Shown: positions 7,835 to 18,052 of the stretch, in pieces
How positions within the stretch are numbered: the stretch's first letter is position 1
Layout of the letters: the number at the start of each line of letters is the position of its first letter
Assembly: GCA_963816185.1 (NCBI GenBank)
Contig: CAWFJJ010000028.1
Coordinates: 192,001 to 256,000, forward strand
Source of the DNA: Thermoanaerobaculia bacterium
Lineage (GTDB): Bacteria > Acidobacteriota > Thermoanaerobaculia > UBA5066
Direction: 5' to 3'
DNA length: 64,000 nucleotides
Notes under the pieces: model-generated
Databases searched by the model: none
What the model saw: the letters and a program-made list of their open reading frames with translations, nothing else
Told to the model about the DNA's origin: nothing
Made by a program: the position numbers and the translations under genes

Positions 7835-9358
7835 ATGGTGAATCGCGTTCTCGAGCTCGACGGGGACTCTCTTTCACTCGAAGATCTCTACGCCGTGTCC
7901 CGCGGCGAGGCGTCCGCGGGGCTTGCGCCCCGCGCGGTGGAGCGCGTCGATGCGGCACGGGCCGTCATCGACCGCGCGGTCGCCGAGAACCGGGTCGTCT
8001 ACGGCGTGACGACGGGCTTCGGAAACTTCGCCGACGTCGTCATTCCGAGGGAGAAGCTCGGAGCGCTCCAGCTCAACCTCGTGCGGAGCCACGCGGCCGG
8101 TACCGGCGCGCCGCTCTCCGCGCCCGCCGTTCGGGCGGTCATGCTGCTGCGCGCGAACTGCCTCGCGAAAGGGTTCTCCGGCGTCCGCAGGCAGACTCTC
8201 GACCTCCTCCTCGCGTGCCTCGCGAAGGGGATTCACCCCGTCATTCCCGAGCAGGGCTCGGTCGGCGCCTCGGGAGACCTCGCCCCCCTCGCGCACCTCG
8301 CGCTCGCTCTCGTGGGGGAAGGGGAGGTGGACTGGGACGGAAGGCGACGCCCGGCCTCGGAGGCGCTGCGGGCGGCGGGCCTCGTACCCGCGGTGCTCGA
8401 GGCGAAGGAGGGGCTCGCCCTCATCAACGGGACGCAGCTGACGACGGCGTTGGGGGCGCTCGCTCTCCACCGTACCTTGCGCCTCCTCAAGGCGGCGGAC
8501 CTCGTCGCGGCCCTCACGCTGGACTGTCTGAAGGGCACGGACGCCGCATTCGACGCGCGCATTCACGCGGCGCGCCCGCATCCCGGCCAGGTCGCGTCGG
8601 CGCAAAACCTCCGGAGGCTCCTTGCGGGCTCGCCCCTGCGCGAGAGCCACCGGGATTGCGGCATCGTGCAGGACGCTTACGCGCTCCGCTGCATCCCGCA
8701 GGTGCACGGCGCGGCCCGCGACGCGGCCGCGCACGCACGGCGCGTGATCGAGATCGAAATGAACGCCGCGACCGACAACCCGATGGTCTTCACGGAGACC
8801 GGCACGCTCGTGTCGGGCGGGAACTTCCACGCGGCGCCGGTGGCGCTGGTGTGCGACCTCCTCACCGCTTCGGCGGCGGACATGGCGTCGCTCTCGGAGA
8901 GGCGGACGGAGCGGCTCGTGAACCCGGCTCTTTCCGGGGACCTGCCGGCGTTCCTCACGCGGGACGGCGGCCTGAACTCGGGCCTCATGATGATTCACGT
9001 CACCGCCGCGTCGCTCGTCTCCGAGGCGAAATCGAACTCCTTCCCGGCGTCCGTGGACTCGATCCCGACCTCGGCCGGAAAGGAGGACCACGTCTCGATG
9101 GGTCCGATCGCGGCTCGGAAGCTCGTGAAGAACGTCGACCTCTTCGAGACCGTTCTCGCGATCGAGCTGCTTGCGGCGGCGCAGGCCCTGGACCTCAGGC
9201 GCCCGCTCAAGACCTCGCCGCCCCTCGAGGAGCTGCACCGCCTCGTCCGCTCGCGCGTTGCCACCTGGGACGCGGACCGCCAGGCCGCGCCCGCGATCGA
9301 AGGCGCCCGGGCCGTGCTGACCGGGGATCTCGACGATCTGCTTGCGCCGCTCGTCTGA
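7835..9358 (+). CDS. hutH: Histidine ammonia-lyase
   Basis: VYGVTTGFG, LVRSHA, GSVGASGDLAPL (ASG MIO triad), KEGLALING, QDAYALRC, GGNFH, EDHVSMG. Confidence 0.96.
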   Translation: MVNRVLELDGDSLSLEDLYAVSRGEASAGLAPRAVERVDAARAVIDRAVAENRVVYGVTTGFGNFADVVIPREKLGALQLNLVRSHAAGTGAPLSAPAVRAVMLLRANCLAKGFSGVRRQTLDLLLACLAKGIHPVIPEQGSVGASGDLAPLAHLALALVGEGEVDWDGRRRPASEALRAAGLVPAVLEAKEGLALINGTQLTTALGALALHRTLRLLKAADLVAALTLDCLKGTDAAFDARIHAARPHPGQVASAQNLRRLLAGSPLRESHRDCGIVQDAYALRCIPQVHGAARDAAAHARRVIEIEMNAATDNPMVFTETGTLVSGGNFHAAPVALVCDLLTASAADMASLSERRTERLVNPALSGDLPAFLTRDGGLNSGLMMIHVTAASLVSEAKSNSFPASVDSIPTSAGKEDHVSMGPIAARKLVKNVDLFETVLAIELLAAAQALDLRRPLKTSPPLEELHRLVRSRVATWDADRQAAPAIEGARAVLTGDLDDLLAPLV

Positions 9359-9364
9359 GCGGGC

Positions 9365-11353
9365 CTACCTCACGAGCGCCGACGCGAGCGCGCCCGGCAG
9401 GTCGTCCGTGGGCACGTCCATCTCCGCGAGGGCCAGCGCAGGAAGAGGCGCGAGCCCCTTTGAAAGCTTCGGCGCACTCGTCAGCCGGGGACTCACGCGG
9501 TTCAGGATGAGGCCGGGCGCGGCGCCGCGACGTGCGAGGCCGTCGGCGAGATCCGCCGACGTCGCGAGAGCCGAGAAATCCGTGGTCGTCGCGATGAGGA
9601 AGCGGCCTGCGGTCAGGAGCCTCGCCGCCTCCCGGCTCCTTTCCTTGAAACCGTCGTAGAGGCCGTCGAAGGCGCGGAAGAAGTCCGCGAGGTCCGCGAG
9701 AAAGCCAAGCCCGAGAACGCGGTCCGCGGCGCGGAGCAGGGCCGCGCCGCCGCGGGACGCTTCGGAGAGGGCGCGCCCGAAGAAGCCGTCGCGCCGCAGG
9801 AAGAACCGCAGGGCGTCATTCTCGAGGAGAGTGACCATGCGCTCCGGCGCCGAGAGAAAATCGAGGCCTCGCGCGGCGGGAGGCGTGTCCAGGACGAGAA
9901 GATCGACGTCGGGATCCGCCGCGTGCTCGTGCAGGGCCTCGACGCCCATGTACTCGAGGACGCCGGGCAGCGAATCGACCAGGCCCGAGTAGAGACGGTT
10001 CTGGTGGATTCGCTCGAACGTCTCGCGGTTCGCCGTGCGCTGGAGCAGACGCTCGAACGTGGCTTTCGGATCGATCTGAAGCGCGAGGAGGCGGCCGCCC
10101 TTCGGGATGCCGGGCGCGCTCACTTCGGACGGGCGACTGGAGCGCGCGTCCTGCGCGGAAATGCCGAGGGCCTGGGCGAGGCGCCGTGCGGGATCGACGG
10201 TGAGGACGAGGGCGCGCCGCCCCCGGCGCGCGGCCGCCAGGCCGAGCGCGGCCGCGAGCGTCGTCTTCCCGACGCCCCCCGGACCGGTCAGAACGATCAG
10301 CTTCTCGCCGTCGAGCGCGGGGCGGAGATCGAGGGGAGGGGAACCCCGGAGAACGAAGGACGAAGAAGGGTTTCTTTTGCTTTCCCGAGCGGGTCGGCGG
10401 GCAGAAGTCGTACGGTTGCCTTCCCGCGTCGGCGACGCCGCATTTTCTTCGAAGGTGGTTAGAAAAGCAGAAAAGAACTGCGCGGCCTCCGCGGTGGCCT
10501 GGCCGCTACGCTCGCCGGAAAGGCGCCGCACGGGAGCATTCGAAGAAACGCTTTCGGTCTCCTCGTCCTCTTCGAACGGTTCGCCTTCGATCTCCGGAAT
10601 CTCGATCAGCGGAATGGCTGTGTCCCTCTTCGGCAGCGTTTCTTCTCTTCTTCCTCGTCCGACCCGATTCAGGACCACGAGAGCGGTCGTGAGGCCCGCC
10701 TTATCGGCGGCGCCGGCGATCAGCTCCTCGGTTTCTTTCGCCGCGAAATCCTCGGGCTCGGACACGACGATGAGCGCGGTGTCCTTCGACTGAGAAAGAA
10801 GCGCGTCGAGCCACTCCGCGAGCTTCCGGACCGGCCCCGCAGGGACCGTGGCGAGAAGAGTGCGGGGGAGGGCGACGAGCGAGAGCGCGTGGCCCGTCGC
10901 CGGAGCGTCCAGGACGATGACGTCGACCTTCGGCTCGCGCGCGGTCGACTTCTTGCGCTTGAAGATCTCGCGGATCTTCCCGAGGAGGAGGAGGTCGGGA
11001 AGTCCCGGCGTCGCCCGCGTGAAGAACCGGAAGGCCGGGAGCGCGAGGAGCCGGTCGCCGAGGAACTTGACCGGCGCGACCGAGGCCACGAAGTCTGCGA
11101 GGAGAGCGTCGAAGTCCGCGGTGAGCCCGTGGAGGCGCGGGGCCAGATCCACCTCGTGGTAACCGGAATCTCGTTTCTTGAAGAGTTTCGCGGCGTCCCC
11201 CCGGCCGTCCGTCGAGACGAGGAGCACGGTCTTTCCGGCGTCCGACGCGAGCTTCGCGAGCGCGGCCGCAACGGTCGTCTTCCCGACGCCGCCCTTGCCC
11301 GAGACCACGAGGAGGCGGCGGGAGAAGAGGCTTTCGAGAAGAGGCGATCGCAC
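9365..11353 (-). CDS. Duplicated ArsA/Get3-family ATPase (Rv3679/Rv3680-like halves fused)
   Basis: Two deviant Walker A motifs (GKGGVGKTT, GPGGVGKTT). DAPATGH in the first half, TVDPARRLA and DTPP in the second. A low-complexity linker joins them. Confidence 0.85.
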   Translation of the reverse strand: MRSPLLESLFSRRLLVVSGKGGVGKTTVAAALAKLASDAGKTVLLVSTDGRGDAAKLFKKRDSGYHEVDLAPRLHGLTADFDALLADFVASVAPVKFLGDRLLALPAFRFFTRATPGLPDLLLLGKIREIFKRKKSTAREPKVDVIVLDAPATGHALSLVALPRTLLATVPAGPVRKLAEWLDALLSQSKDTALIVVSEPEDFAAKETEELIAGAADKAGLTTALVVLNRVGRGRREETLPKRDTAIPLIEIPEIEGEPFEEDEETESVSSNAPVRRLSGERSGQATAEAAQFFSAFLTTFEENAASPTREGNRTTSARRPARESKRNPSSSFVLRGSPPLDLRPALDGEKLIVLTGPGGVGKTTLAAALGLAAARRGRRALVLTVDPARRLAQALGISAQDARSSRPSEVSAPGIPKGGRLLALQIDPKATFERLLQRTANRETFERIHQNRLYSGLVDSLPGVLEYMGVEALHEHAADPDVDLLVLDTPPAARGLDFLSAPERMVTLLENDALRFFLRRDGFFGRALSEASRGGAALLRAADRVLGLGFLADLADFFRAFDGLYDGFKERSREAARLLTAGRFLIATTTDFSALATSADLADGLARRGAAPGLILNRVSPRLTSAPKLSKGLAPLPALALAEMDVPTDDLPGALASALVR

Positions 11354-11446
11354 GCGGGCGAAGCCTACGCGAGAGAGGGCGATGGCCTCATAATCCGGAA
11401 CTCTAGCAGGAGGCGCCGGCTCATCGGGCCTCGCGAAAGGGATCGC

Positions 11447-11743
11447 ATGTCCGATTCACTCTTCGACCAGCTCAAAGCCCGGGGCGAGGGCTTCCTCACC
11501 GAGATCTCGAACAACCTGATGGCGAACCCGTCCTTCCTCGAGGTCCTGAAGAAAGGCATCGCCGTCAAGGAAGAGGTCGACAAGCGCGTGCTCGAGGCCC
11601 TCAAGGCCATGAGCGTGGCGACCCGCAAGGACATCACGAAGCTGGAGAAGCGCCTCGAAGAGCTTCAGGCCGACCTCGATTCGCTGAAGGCGAAAGCGTC
11701 GCCGAAGCCGCGGGCGCGCAAGGCCTCCGGGCGGAAAGGCTAG
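11447..11743 (+). CDS. Small phasin-like coiled-coil protein (98 aa)
   Basis: VATRKDITKLEKRLEEL signature resembling the PhaF/PhaI-type C-terminus, plus a basic tail. Confidence 0.65.
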   Translation: MSDSLFDQLKARGEGFLTEISNNLMANPSFLEVLKKGIAVKEEVDKRVLEALKAMSVATRKDITKLEKRLEELQADLDSLKAKASPKPRARKASGRKG

Positions 11744-11752
11744 GGCCTCGCC

Positions 11753-12913
11753 GTGGCGGGGAAGGGCGACGCGAAGACCGCTCGGTCGCTCCGGAACGGA
11801 TCCGGCGGGCACGTCGTCCGCTTCCCGAAGGTCTCCGAGAGCGGAACGAAACGGCTGAAGGTCGTCGTCACGGGCGGCAGCGGCTTCTTCGGGGAGCGCC
11901 TCGTGCGCGCGCTGCTCACGCGCCCAGACCGCGAGGTCGTCGTGTTCGACCTCGTGCCCCCGGCGGACATGTCGGAGGCGAAGCATCGTTTCCTGGATCT
12001 GAACCTGCCCTTCGCCGACGGAACGCTCTTCAAGCTTCTGAAGGAGGAGAGGCCGGACGTCATCGTCCATCTCGCCCAGCTTCGCAGCCCCTCGCGACAC
12101 GCCACGTACGCGCACGAGCTGAACGCCATCGGCGCGCTGCACGTCTTTGCGGCCGCCGGCGAAGCGAAGATCCCGCGCATCCTGCTGGGCTCGACGTCCC
12201 TCGTCTACGGCGCGCGGGGAGATAACCCGAACTTCCTCTCGGAAGACCATCCCATGAGGCCCGATCCGGAGGACCGCTTCGTGGGCGACTTCGTCGAGGC
12301 CGAGGGCCACGCTCGCACCCACGTGCGCCGCCACCCGGAAGCTCGCGTGCAGATCCTGAGGTTCGTGCCGCTGCTTTCCCCGGAGGTTCGGGACTACCGG
12401 ACCCGGCTCTTCGCGGCCCCGTTCTCGTGGCAGCTCCTCGGGTACGACCCGCTCGTGCAGGCGCTGCATCCGGACGACGCCGTGGACGCTCTCGTGAGGG
12501 CGCTCGACCGGCCGGAAGCGCAGGGCGTCTTCAACATCTCTCCCGACGGCGTCGTGCCCCTGTCCTCGGTGCGGCTGCTTTTCGGGTCGCTTGGAATTCC
12601 CGTGCCGCACCCGCTCGGCTACGCGCTCTACGAGGCCGCCTGGCTCGCGGGCGTGGGCTTGATGCCGGGCGTCCACGCGCACTACCTCCGCTATTCCTGC
12701 GTCGTGGACGGCGAGAAAGCCCGGCGGATTCTGGGCTTCTCGGCGAGGCACACGACGCTCGAGGTCGTGCTCGAGACGGCCCGAGCCCGGTTCGGGTCGG
12801 GACGCCTGGTGGACTTCGACGCCGTCGCGGATGCGGCGCGCGCGGCGCGTTATGCCTACGAGCAGCGGGTCCGGCCGCTGTCGCGGGCCCGCGCGCAGGG
12901 AATCGCATCGTGA
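11753..12913 (+). CDS. NAD-dependent epimerase/dehydratase (extended SDR, Rv0501-like)
   Basis: VVVTGGSGFFG, VHLA, STSLVYGA, LGYDPLVQALHPDDA. Confidence 0.85.
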   Translation: MAGKGDAKTARSLRNGSGGHVVRFPKVSESGTKRLKVVVTGGSGFFGERLVRALLTRPDREVVVFDLVPPADMSEAKHRFLDLNLPFADGTLFKLLKEERPDVIVHLAQLRSPSRHATYAHELNAIGALHVFAAAGEAKIPRILLGSTSLVYGARGDNPNFLSEDHPMRPDPEDRFVGDFVEAEGHARTHVRRHPEARVQILRFVPLLSPEVRDYRTRLFAAPFSWQLLGYDPLVQALHPDDAVDALVRALDRPEAQGVFNISPDGVVPLSSVRLLFGSLGIPVPHPLGYALYEAAWLAGVGLMPGVHAHYLRYSCVVDGEKARRILGFSARHTTLEVVLETARARFGSGRLVDFDAVADAARAARYAYEQRVRPLSRARAQGIAS

Positions 12914-13905
12914 GCGCTCGCCGTCATCCTTCCCCGCGCCCGGCTCCCGCCCTCTCCGAGGCCGCACGCAACGAAGGTCTGACGCCGTCGCTCCTCCCCA
13001 AGAATCCGGACGACCTCACGCGGATGCTCCTGGGAGAAGCCGCACGTTTCCTCGACGCGCATCCGGAATTCAAGTCGCCGCGCGCGCTCGTGGACGCCTG
13101 GAACCTCTTTCGCAGCCGGTCGCGCACGTTCCTTCTCGACGATTTCGGCTACGACGAGGTCGCCGCGCGCCCCTGGGCCGAGCTCTTCGACTTCCTTTAC
13201 ACCGTTTGGTGGCGCGTGACGTTGAGCGGAGTCGAGAACGTGCCGAACGCGGGCCGCGCGCTCCTCGTCGCGAATCACTCCGGAGTCCTGCCGTGGGACG
13301 GCGCGATGGTCAAGCGCGGGATCGCCCGCGAGCACCCCGCGCACCGCACGGCGCGGATGCTCGTTCTCGACATGTTCACGACTCTGCCGTTCCTGCAGCC
13401 GTGGCTGCGCCACATGGGCGAGGTGCGCGCCTGCCCCGAGAACGGCACGCGGCTGCTCCAGCGCGACGAGCTCGTCGGGGTTTTCCCCGAGGGCGTCAAG
13501 GGAGTCGGCAAGCTCTTCCGCGACCGCTACCGCCTCGCGCGGTTCGGCCGCGGCGGTTTCGTGCGCCTCGCCCTGCAGACGGGCGCCCCCATCATTCCGG
13601 TCTCCGTCGTGGGCGCCGAGGAAATCCACCCGAATCTCACGCGCATGGACTTCATCGGCAAGCCCCTCGGCCTGCCGTACTTCCCGCTCACGCCCACGTT
13701 CCCGCTCCTGGGCCCGATCGGCTTCCTCCCATTGCCGACGAAATGGTGGATCGACATCGGCAGGCCGATCGCATTCGACCACGGGCCCGAGATCGCCGAC
13801 CGCCCGATGATCGTGAACGAGCTCGCGGACCAGGTGCGCTCGACTCTCCAGACGATGATCGACTCGCGCCTCGCGCGCCGCGGGAACGTCTTTACGGGAG
13901 AGTAG
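12910..13905 (+). CDS. Lysophospholipid/glycerol acyltransferase (Rv0502-like)
   Basis: LVANHSGVLPWD (HX4D-like), VFPEG, FGRGGFV, GAEE. The GTG start overlaps the upstream stop. Confidence 0.88.
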   Translation: MSARRHPSPRPAPALSEAARNEGLTPSLLPKNPDDLTRMLLGEAARFLDAHPEFKSPRALVDAWNLFRSRSRTFLLDDFGYDEVAARPWAELFDFLYTVWWRVTLSGVENVPNAGRALLVANHSGVLPWDGAMVKRGIAREHPAHRTARMLVLDMFTTLPFLQPWLRHMGEVRACPENGTRLLQRDELVGVFPEGVKGVGKLFRDRYRLARFGRGGFVRLALQTGAPIIPVSVVGAEEIHPNLTRMDFIGKPLGLPYFPLTPTFPLLGPIGFLPLPTKWWIDIGRPIAFDHGPEIADRPMIVNELADQVRSTLQTMIDSRLARRGNVFTGE

Positions 13906-13945
13906 CCGCGGAACTTCCGGGGCCATCATTCGTATTTTTCTGCGA

Positions 13946-16195
13946 ATGAAGGTCGGACGGGAAGCCGCGATCGCGCTGGGGGCGGTCCTTCTCTGCGCGT
14001 CGGGGAGAGCACCGCGGCTCCTGGCCGGGGAGAATCCTCATCTGACGACCCGGCCCGCGCGCGGGCCGATCACGGTCGACGGGTCTCTGGACGACCCGGG
14101 CTGGAAGGGGGCGGCCGAGATCCGCGATTTCTACGAGATCTCGCCCGGCGACAACACGCCGCCGAAGGTGAGGACGACGGCCTGGATCGCGTATGACGGC
14201 CGCTTCTTCTACGTCGCGATCAAGTGCGACGACCCGCGGCCTCGGGACATCCAGGCCCAGCACGTCGAGCGGGACCACGTGTCCAACGACCAGGACTTCG
14301 CCGGCATCATGCTCGACACTCGGAACGACGGGCGCACGGGAATCGAGTTCTTCGTCAATCCTTACGGAATCCAGGACGATTTCGTCCTCGACGAATCCAT
14401 CGTGAACGGGAGCAGCGAGGACGTTTCCCCCGACTTCCACTGGGACTCGGCCGCCAGGATCACCCCGGACGGGTGGCAGCTCGAGATGCGGATCCCGTTC
14501 TCGAGCCTGCGTTACGGCGACGCGGACCCGCAGACGTGGGGGATCGTCGTTTTTCGCAACTGGACCCGCGACTTTCGGTACCAGATCGCGAGCAACCGCG
14601 CTCCGCGCGAGTCGAGCTGCTTCATCTGCCATGCGGCGAAGCTCGAGGGGCTCGCGGGCCTGCCGCACGCGGGCCACTTCGTCGTGGCGCCGTATGGGAC
14701 GCTCACGGAAGCGGGCGTGCCGCGCGAGGGGCCCGGTTCGACCTTCCGCAACGAACCGGTCCGCGGGAACGGCGGCCTCGACGTCAAGTGGTGCCCGGAC
14801 GAGAACTTCGCGCTGGACGGGACGCTCAATCCCGACTTTTCCCAGGTCGAGTCCGACGTCGCGCAGATCTCCGCGAACAACCGCTTCGCGCTCTTCTACC
14901 CGGAAAAGCGCCCCTTCTTCATGGAGCGCTCCCAGCTCTTCAACGCCCCGATCCAGGCCATTTACACGCGAACGATCACCTCGCCGCGCTGGGGGGCGCG
15001 CGCTTCGGGTGACGCGGGCGGGAACGCGTGGACCGTCCTCGTCGCACAGGACCGCGGCGGCGGCACGGTAACCGTCCCGGGACCCGCCCAGTCTTCGTCG
15101 GCGCCGCAGGACTTCTCGTCGTTCGTCGGGATCGGCCGCGTCCAGCACGCGTTCGCGGGCCGATCGTTCGCGAGCTTCCTGGTGACGGACCGGGAGGTGG
15201 AGGGCGGCGGGCACAACCGCGTGTTCGGGCCCGACCTCTATTGGGCCCCGAACGACCAGGACAGGGTCACGGGCCAGATCCTCGTGTCGATGACGGCGAC
15301 GCCGTCCCGGCCGGACGTCTCGGCGGACTGGGACGGGCGGTCGTTCTCGTCGCGGGCGTTCACGCTCCAGTGGAGTCACGCGGACACACATTGGAACTGG
15401 ACAAGCATCTACAGGGACCTCGGAGACGGGTTCCGAGCCGACGTCGGGTACGTCCCGCAGGTCGGGATTCGCGAAGGTTCGGCGAACATCAACTACGTCT
15501 TCTACACCGGGGGCCTCTTCTCGCGCGTCATCCCCGTTCTCTTCGGAGACTACGTCGCAGACACGGTGGGCCGGACCGTGACGAGCGTCGTCGCGCCGGG
15601 GATCTCGTTCCAGGGCAAAGCGGGGCTCAACGGCGAGATCGACTACAACGCGCACGATCTCGAGCGCGCGGGGTCGAACCTGCTCCCCGCGGCGCGCTGG
15701 TTTCTCAATCTGTACGTGACGCCGGGAGGTTTCGTGTCCAGCGTCTCACTTCAGGGTCATCTCGGCGGCGCTATCGACTACATCGGAAACCGGGCGGGAC
15801 GCGGCGGCGACGCGACGCTCTCGGTCTCCCTTCGGCCCACGCGGCACTTGCAGCTCCAGTTCGACGGAGCTCTTCAGTGGTTGAACCTCTCGGGCGAGCG
15901 CCTCTTCACGGCGCAGATCGAGAGGCTGAAGACGACGTACGTCTTCGACCGGCGCACGTTCGTGCGCCTGATCGGGCAGTACGTGAGGACCGATCTCGCG
16001 CCCGAGCTCTATCCGGTGCCCCCGCCGAGGACGACCGGCGGCCTCCAGGCGTCCGCCCTCCTCGGCTACCAGCTCGACTGGCAGTCCGTCCTCTACTTCG
16101 GCTACGGGGACAATCGGGCTCTCTCGGAAGACGCGCAGCTCCTGAAGGGAGGGCGCGACTTCTTCCTCAAGATCTCGTACGCGTTCCAGCGCTGA
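13946..16195 (+). CDS. CBM9-like/DUF5916 outer-membrane beta-barrel protein
   Basis: Signal peptide, ITVDGSLDDPGW, EMRIPFSSLRY, NPDFSQVESD, FYPEKRPFF, C-terminal FLKISYAF. Confidence 0.82.
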   Translation: MKVGREAAIALGAVLLCASGRAPRLLAGENPHLTTRPARGPITVDGSLDDPGWKGAAEIRDFYEISPGDNTPPKVRTTAWIAYDGRFFYVAIKCDDPRPRDIQAQHVERDHVSNDQDFAGIMLDTRNDGRTGIEFFVNPYGIQDDFVLDESIVNGSSEDVSPDFHWDSAARITPDGWQLEMRIPFSSLRYGDADPQTWGIVVFRNWTRDFRYQIASNRAPRESSCFICHAAKLEGLAGLPHAGHFVVAPYGTLTEAGVPREGPGSTFRNEPVRGNGGLDVKWCPDENFALDGTLNPDFSQVESDVAQISANNRFALFYPEKRPFFMERSQLFNAPIQAIYTRTITSPRWGARASGDAGGNAWTVLVAQDRGGGTVTVPGPAQSSSAPQDFSSFVGIGRVQHAFAGRSFASFLVTDREVEGGGHNRVFGPDLYWAPNDQDRVTGQILVSMTATPSRPDVSADWDGRSFSSRAFTLQWSHADTHWNWTSIYRDLGDGFRADVGYVPQVGIREGSANINYVFYTGGLFSRVIPVLFGDYVADTVGRTVTSVVAPGISFQGKAGLNGEIDYNAHDLERAGSNLLPAARWFLNLYVTPGGFVSSVSLQGHLGGAIDYIGNRAGRGGDATLSVSLRPTRHLQLQFDGALQWLNLSGERLFTAQIERLKTTYVFDRRTFVRLIGQYVRTDLAPELYPVPPPRTTGGLQASALLGYQLDWQSVLYFGYGDNRALSEDAQLLKGGRDFFLKISYAFQR

Positions 16196-17471
16196 GCTTC
16201 CAACGCTCGAGGTCACTTTCGAGAGCCGCGAGGGAGGCCGTGAGGCGCGTGGCCGTGCAGCCGCTCGCACGATCCGCGTTGAGCTTCACGCGCGAGAGGT
16301 CGCGTGCGCAGGCCGGGCGCAGGACGAGGCCATGCTTCGCGAAGACGCGCTGGAACCGCTTGAAGTCGGAGTCGAGGAGAGCCATCGTCGAGCGGTAGGC
16401 GTACTCGGCGATGCGGGTGCGCCCCGACGTCCGCATGATGTTGCGCATGAAGCGCGGCAGATCCTCGGGCTTCGGCTCGAAGACGAGAACGTCGGCCTCG
16501 GGGGCCTCGCGCCGGTAGCGCGTGAGGCCGTAACGCAGGCGCGAGTGGAGCGTCACGCGAAAAACCTGGTCGAGAATCGTCGGGAGGCCGCGGCTGCGGA
16601 GGAGGCCCGCCTCGTCGGCGCCCAGCCGCTTCACGGCGCTCTCGGGATGCGGGATCCGCACGGGGACGAGCGGGTTGATACAGATCGTCAGGCCGCAGCG
16701 CTCTCGGAGAGCGAGCGAGATGTGCGCGGTCTTGCGCACGCCGCCGTCGATGTAATCCGTGCCGCCGATGCGGACGGGGCGGTAGAGGCCCGGAATCGCG
16801 CACGATGCCGCGACCGCCTTGGAAATCGGGACGTCCTCGAGGCCCGGGGCGCCGAACTTCGCCGTCTCGCCCGTGTCGAGGTCCACGGCGACGAGTCGGA
16901 GCGTCTTGCCCAGTCGGCGGAAGTCGTTGGTGCGCCCCCCCTGTGTCAGCCATTTCTGAAGCCAGGCCTCGAGTCCCTGGTTGTGGAACACCCCGGAAGG
17001 CAGGAGCTGGCCGAGGGACTGCACGAGGTCCGTGAGCGTCGTCTCGCGCCGGTTCTTGTAGAAATCCCAGGCGGCGTCGAGGACCGTGAAGGGGGCCGTG
17101 GCCAGGCGTGTCGCGATCTCGCCGAGGTTGAGGCCGAAGAGGGCGAGGTCGTCGATGTCGGTGCGCGTGCCGGCCGAGCGCGTCACGTTCCGGAAGAGCA
17201 CACCCGGCGTGACGGAGTTCGCGAGCAGGGCCGAGATGTAGGCGCCTGCCGAGACGCCGACGAAGACGTCGAAATCGGTGATCGAAGCGTTCTCGAGGCG
17301 GTCATCGAGCGCCGCGAGGGCCCCGATCTCGTAAATGGCGCCGGTGACGCCCCCGCCCGCGCACACGAGCCCGAGACGCTTGCGGATGGGCGACGGAAAC
17401 GGCCGGAACACCTGCTCGGACGGACCTCTCCCGAGCGTGTCGGTCCCGGGCGGTTGCCTATGGCCGGCCAT
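16167..17471 (-). CDS. Patatin-like phospholipase/esterase
   Basis: AGGGVTG oxyanion loop, GVSAG nucleophile, ASCAIPG, YIDGG. Confidence 0.92.
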   Translation of the reverse strand: MAGHRQPPGTDTLGRGPSEQVFRPFPSPIRKRLGLVCAGGGVTGAIYEIGALAALDDRLENASITDFDVFVGVSAGAYISALLANSVTPGVLFRNVTRSAGTRTDIDDLALFGLNLGEIATRLATAPFTVLDAAWDFYKNRRETTLTDLVQSLGQLLPSGVFHNQGLEAWLQKWLTQGGRTNDFRRLGKTLRLVAVDLDTGETAKFGAPGLEDVPISKAVAASCAIPGLYRPVRIGGTDYIDGGVRKTAHISLALRERCGLTICINPLVPVRIPHPESAVKRLGADEAGLLRSRGLPTILDQVFRVTLHSRLRYGLTRYRREAPEADVLVFEPKPEDLPRFMRNIMRTSGRTRIAEYAYRSTMALLDSDFKRFQRVFAKHGLVLRPACARDLSRVKLNADRASGCTATRLTASLAALESDLERWKLSAGTRTRS

Positions 17472-17486
17472 CTTGCGTTTCGTAAT

Positions 17487-17516
17487 AAAAAAGGCGCCGC
17501 CTTTCGGGCGGCGCCT
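17487..17516 (-). terminator. Intrinsic terminator after the phasin gene
   Basis: GGCGCCGCC-loop-GGCGGCGCC hairpin followed by a T6 run on the minus strand (AAAAAA at 17487-17492 on +). Confidence 0.8.
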
Positions 17517-17542
17517 CGCAGTCTATCCGATTTCGTCCCTTC

Positions 17543-18052
17543 TCAGCGGGCGCGCGCGACGCGTGTCGGCTTGCGGCTCTTCAGCGCGTCGATCTTCTTG
17601 CCGAGGCCGTCGACCTTGGCCGAGAGGGAACGGAGCTCCTTGCGCGTCGGGACGTTCAGGCTGTGAAGGCCTTTCTCGACGGCCGTGCCGACGGTTTCGG
17701 TCACGTTCTTCGCGACGCCCCCGGCGCGGCGTGCCGCCTCGGCGCCCGCCTTCTGGACGCGTTCCTGCACGTCGCCGCCGACCTTCCCGGCGTTCTTGCG
17801 AAGCATCTGGCCGAGGTCCCGGCCCGACTCCATGACATCTTCCATGAAAGCGCGCGGATCCTTCGCGAGGGACTCGCCGGTCTTCTTGAGATCGCGCGCC
17901 GCGACGATGACCTTCTTTTCGGTCTTGGCCGCGACGTTCTTCGCCTTCACGCTGAGCGCATCGAAGCGGCTGCCGGCCGTCTTCAGGACCTTTTCGACCG
18001 GCGGAGGAAAGTGGAAGGGAAGCTTTGGCGAGACCTTGCGGGTGGCTTTCAT
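17543..18052 (-). CDS. Phasin family (PhaF/PhaI-like) granule-associated protein
   Basis: Lys/Ala-rich amphipathic helix. LNVPTRKELRSLSAKVDGL. Confidence 0.75.
   Translation of the reverse strand: MKATRKVSPKLPFHFPPPVEKVLKTAGSRFDALSVKAKNVAAKTEKKVIVAARDLKKTGESLAKDPRAFMEDVMESGRDLGQMLRKNAGKVGGDVQERVQKAGAEAARRAGGVAKNVTETVGTAVEKGLHSLNVPTRKELRSLSAKVDGLGKKIDALKSRKPTRVARAR

Noticed and set aside
11160-11345. Weak AT-rich patches resembling motif arms (also ~230, ~5200, ~35710, ~36860)
   Set aside because: They have too many mismatches and no clear partner arm, so they were not counted without a PWM scan.
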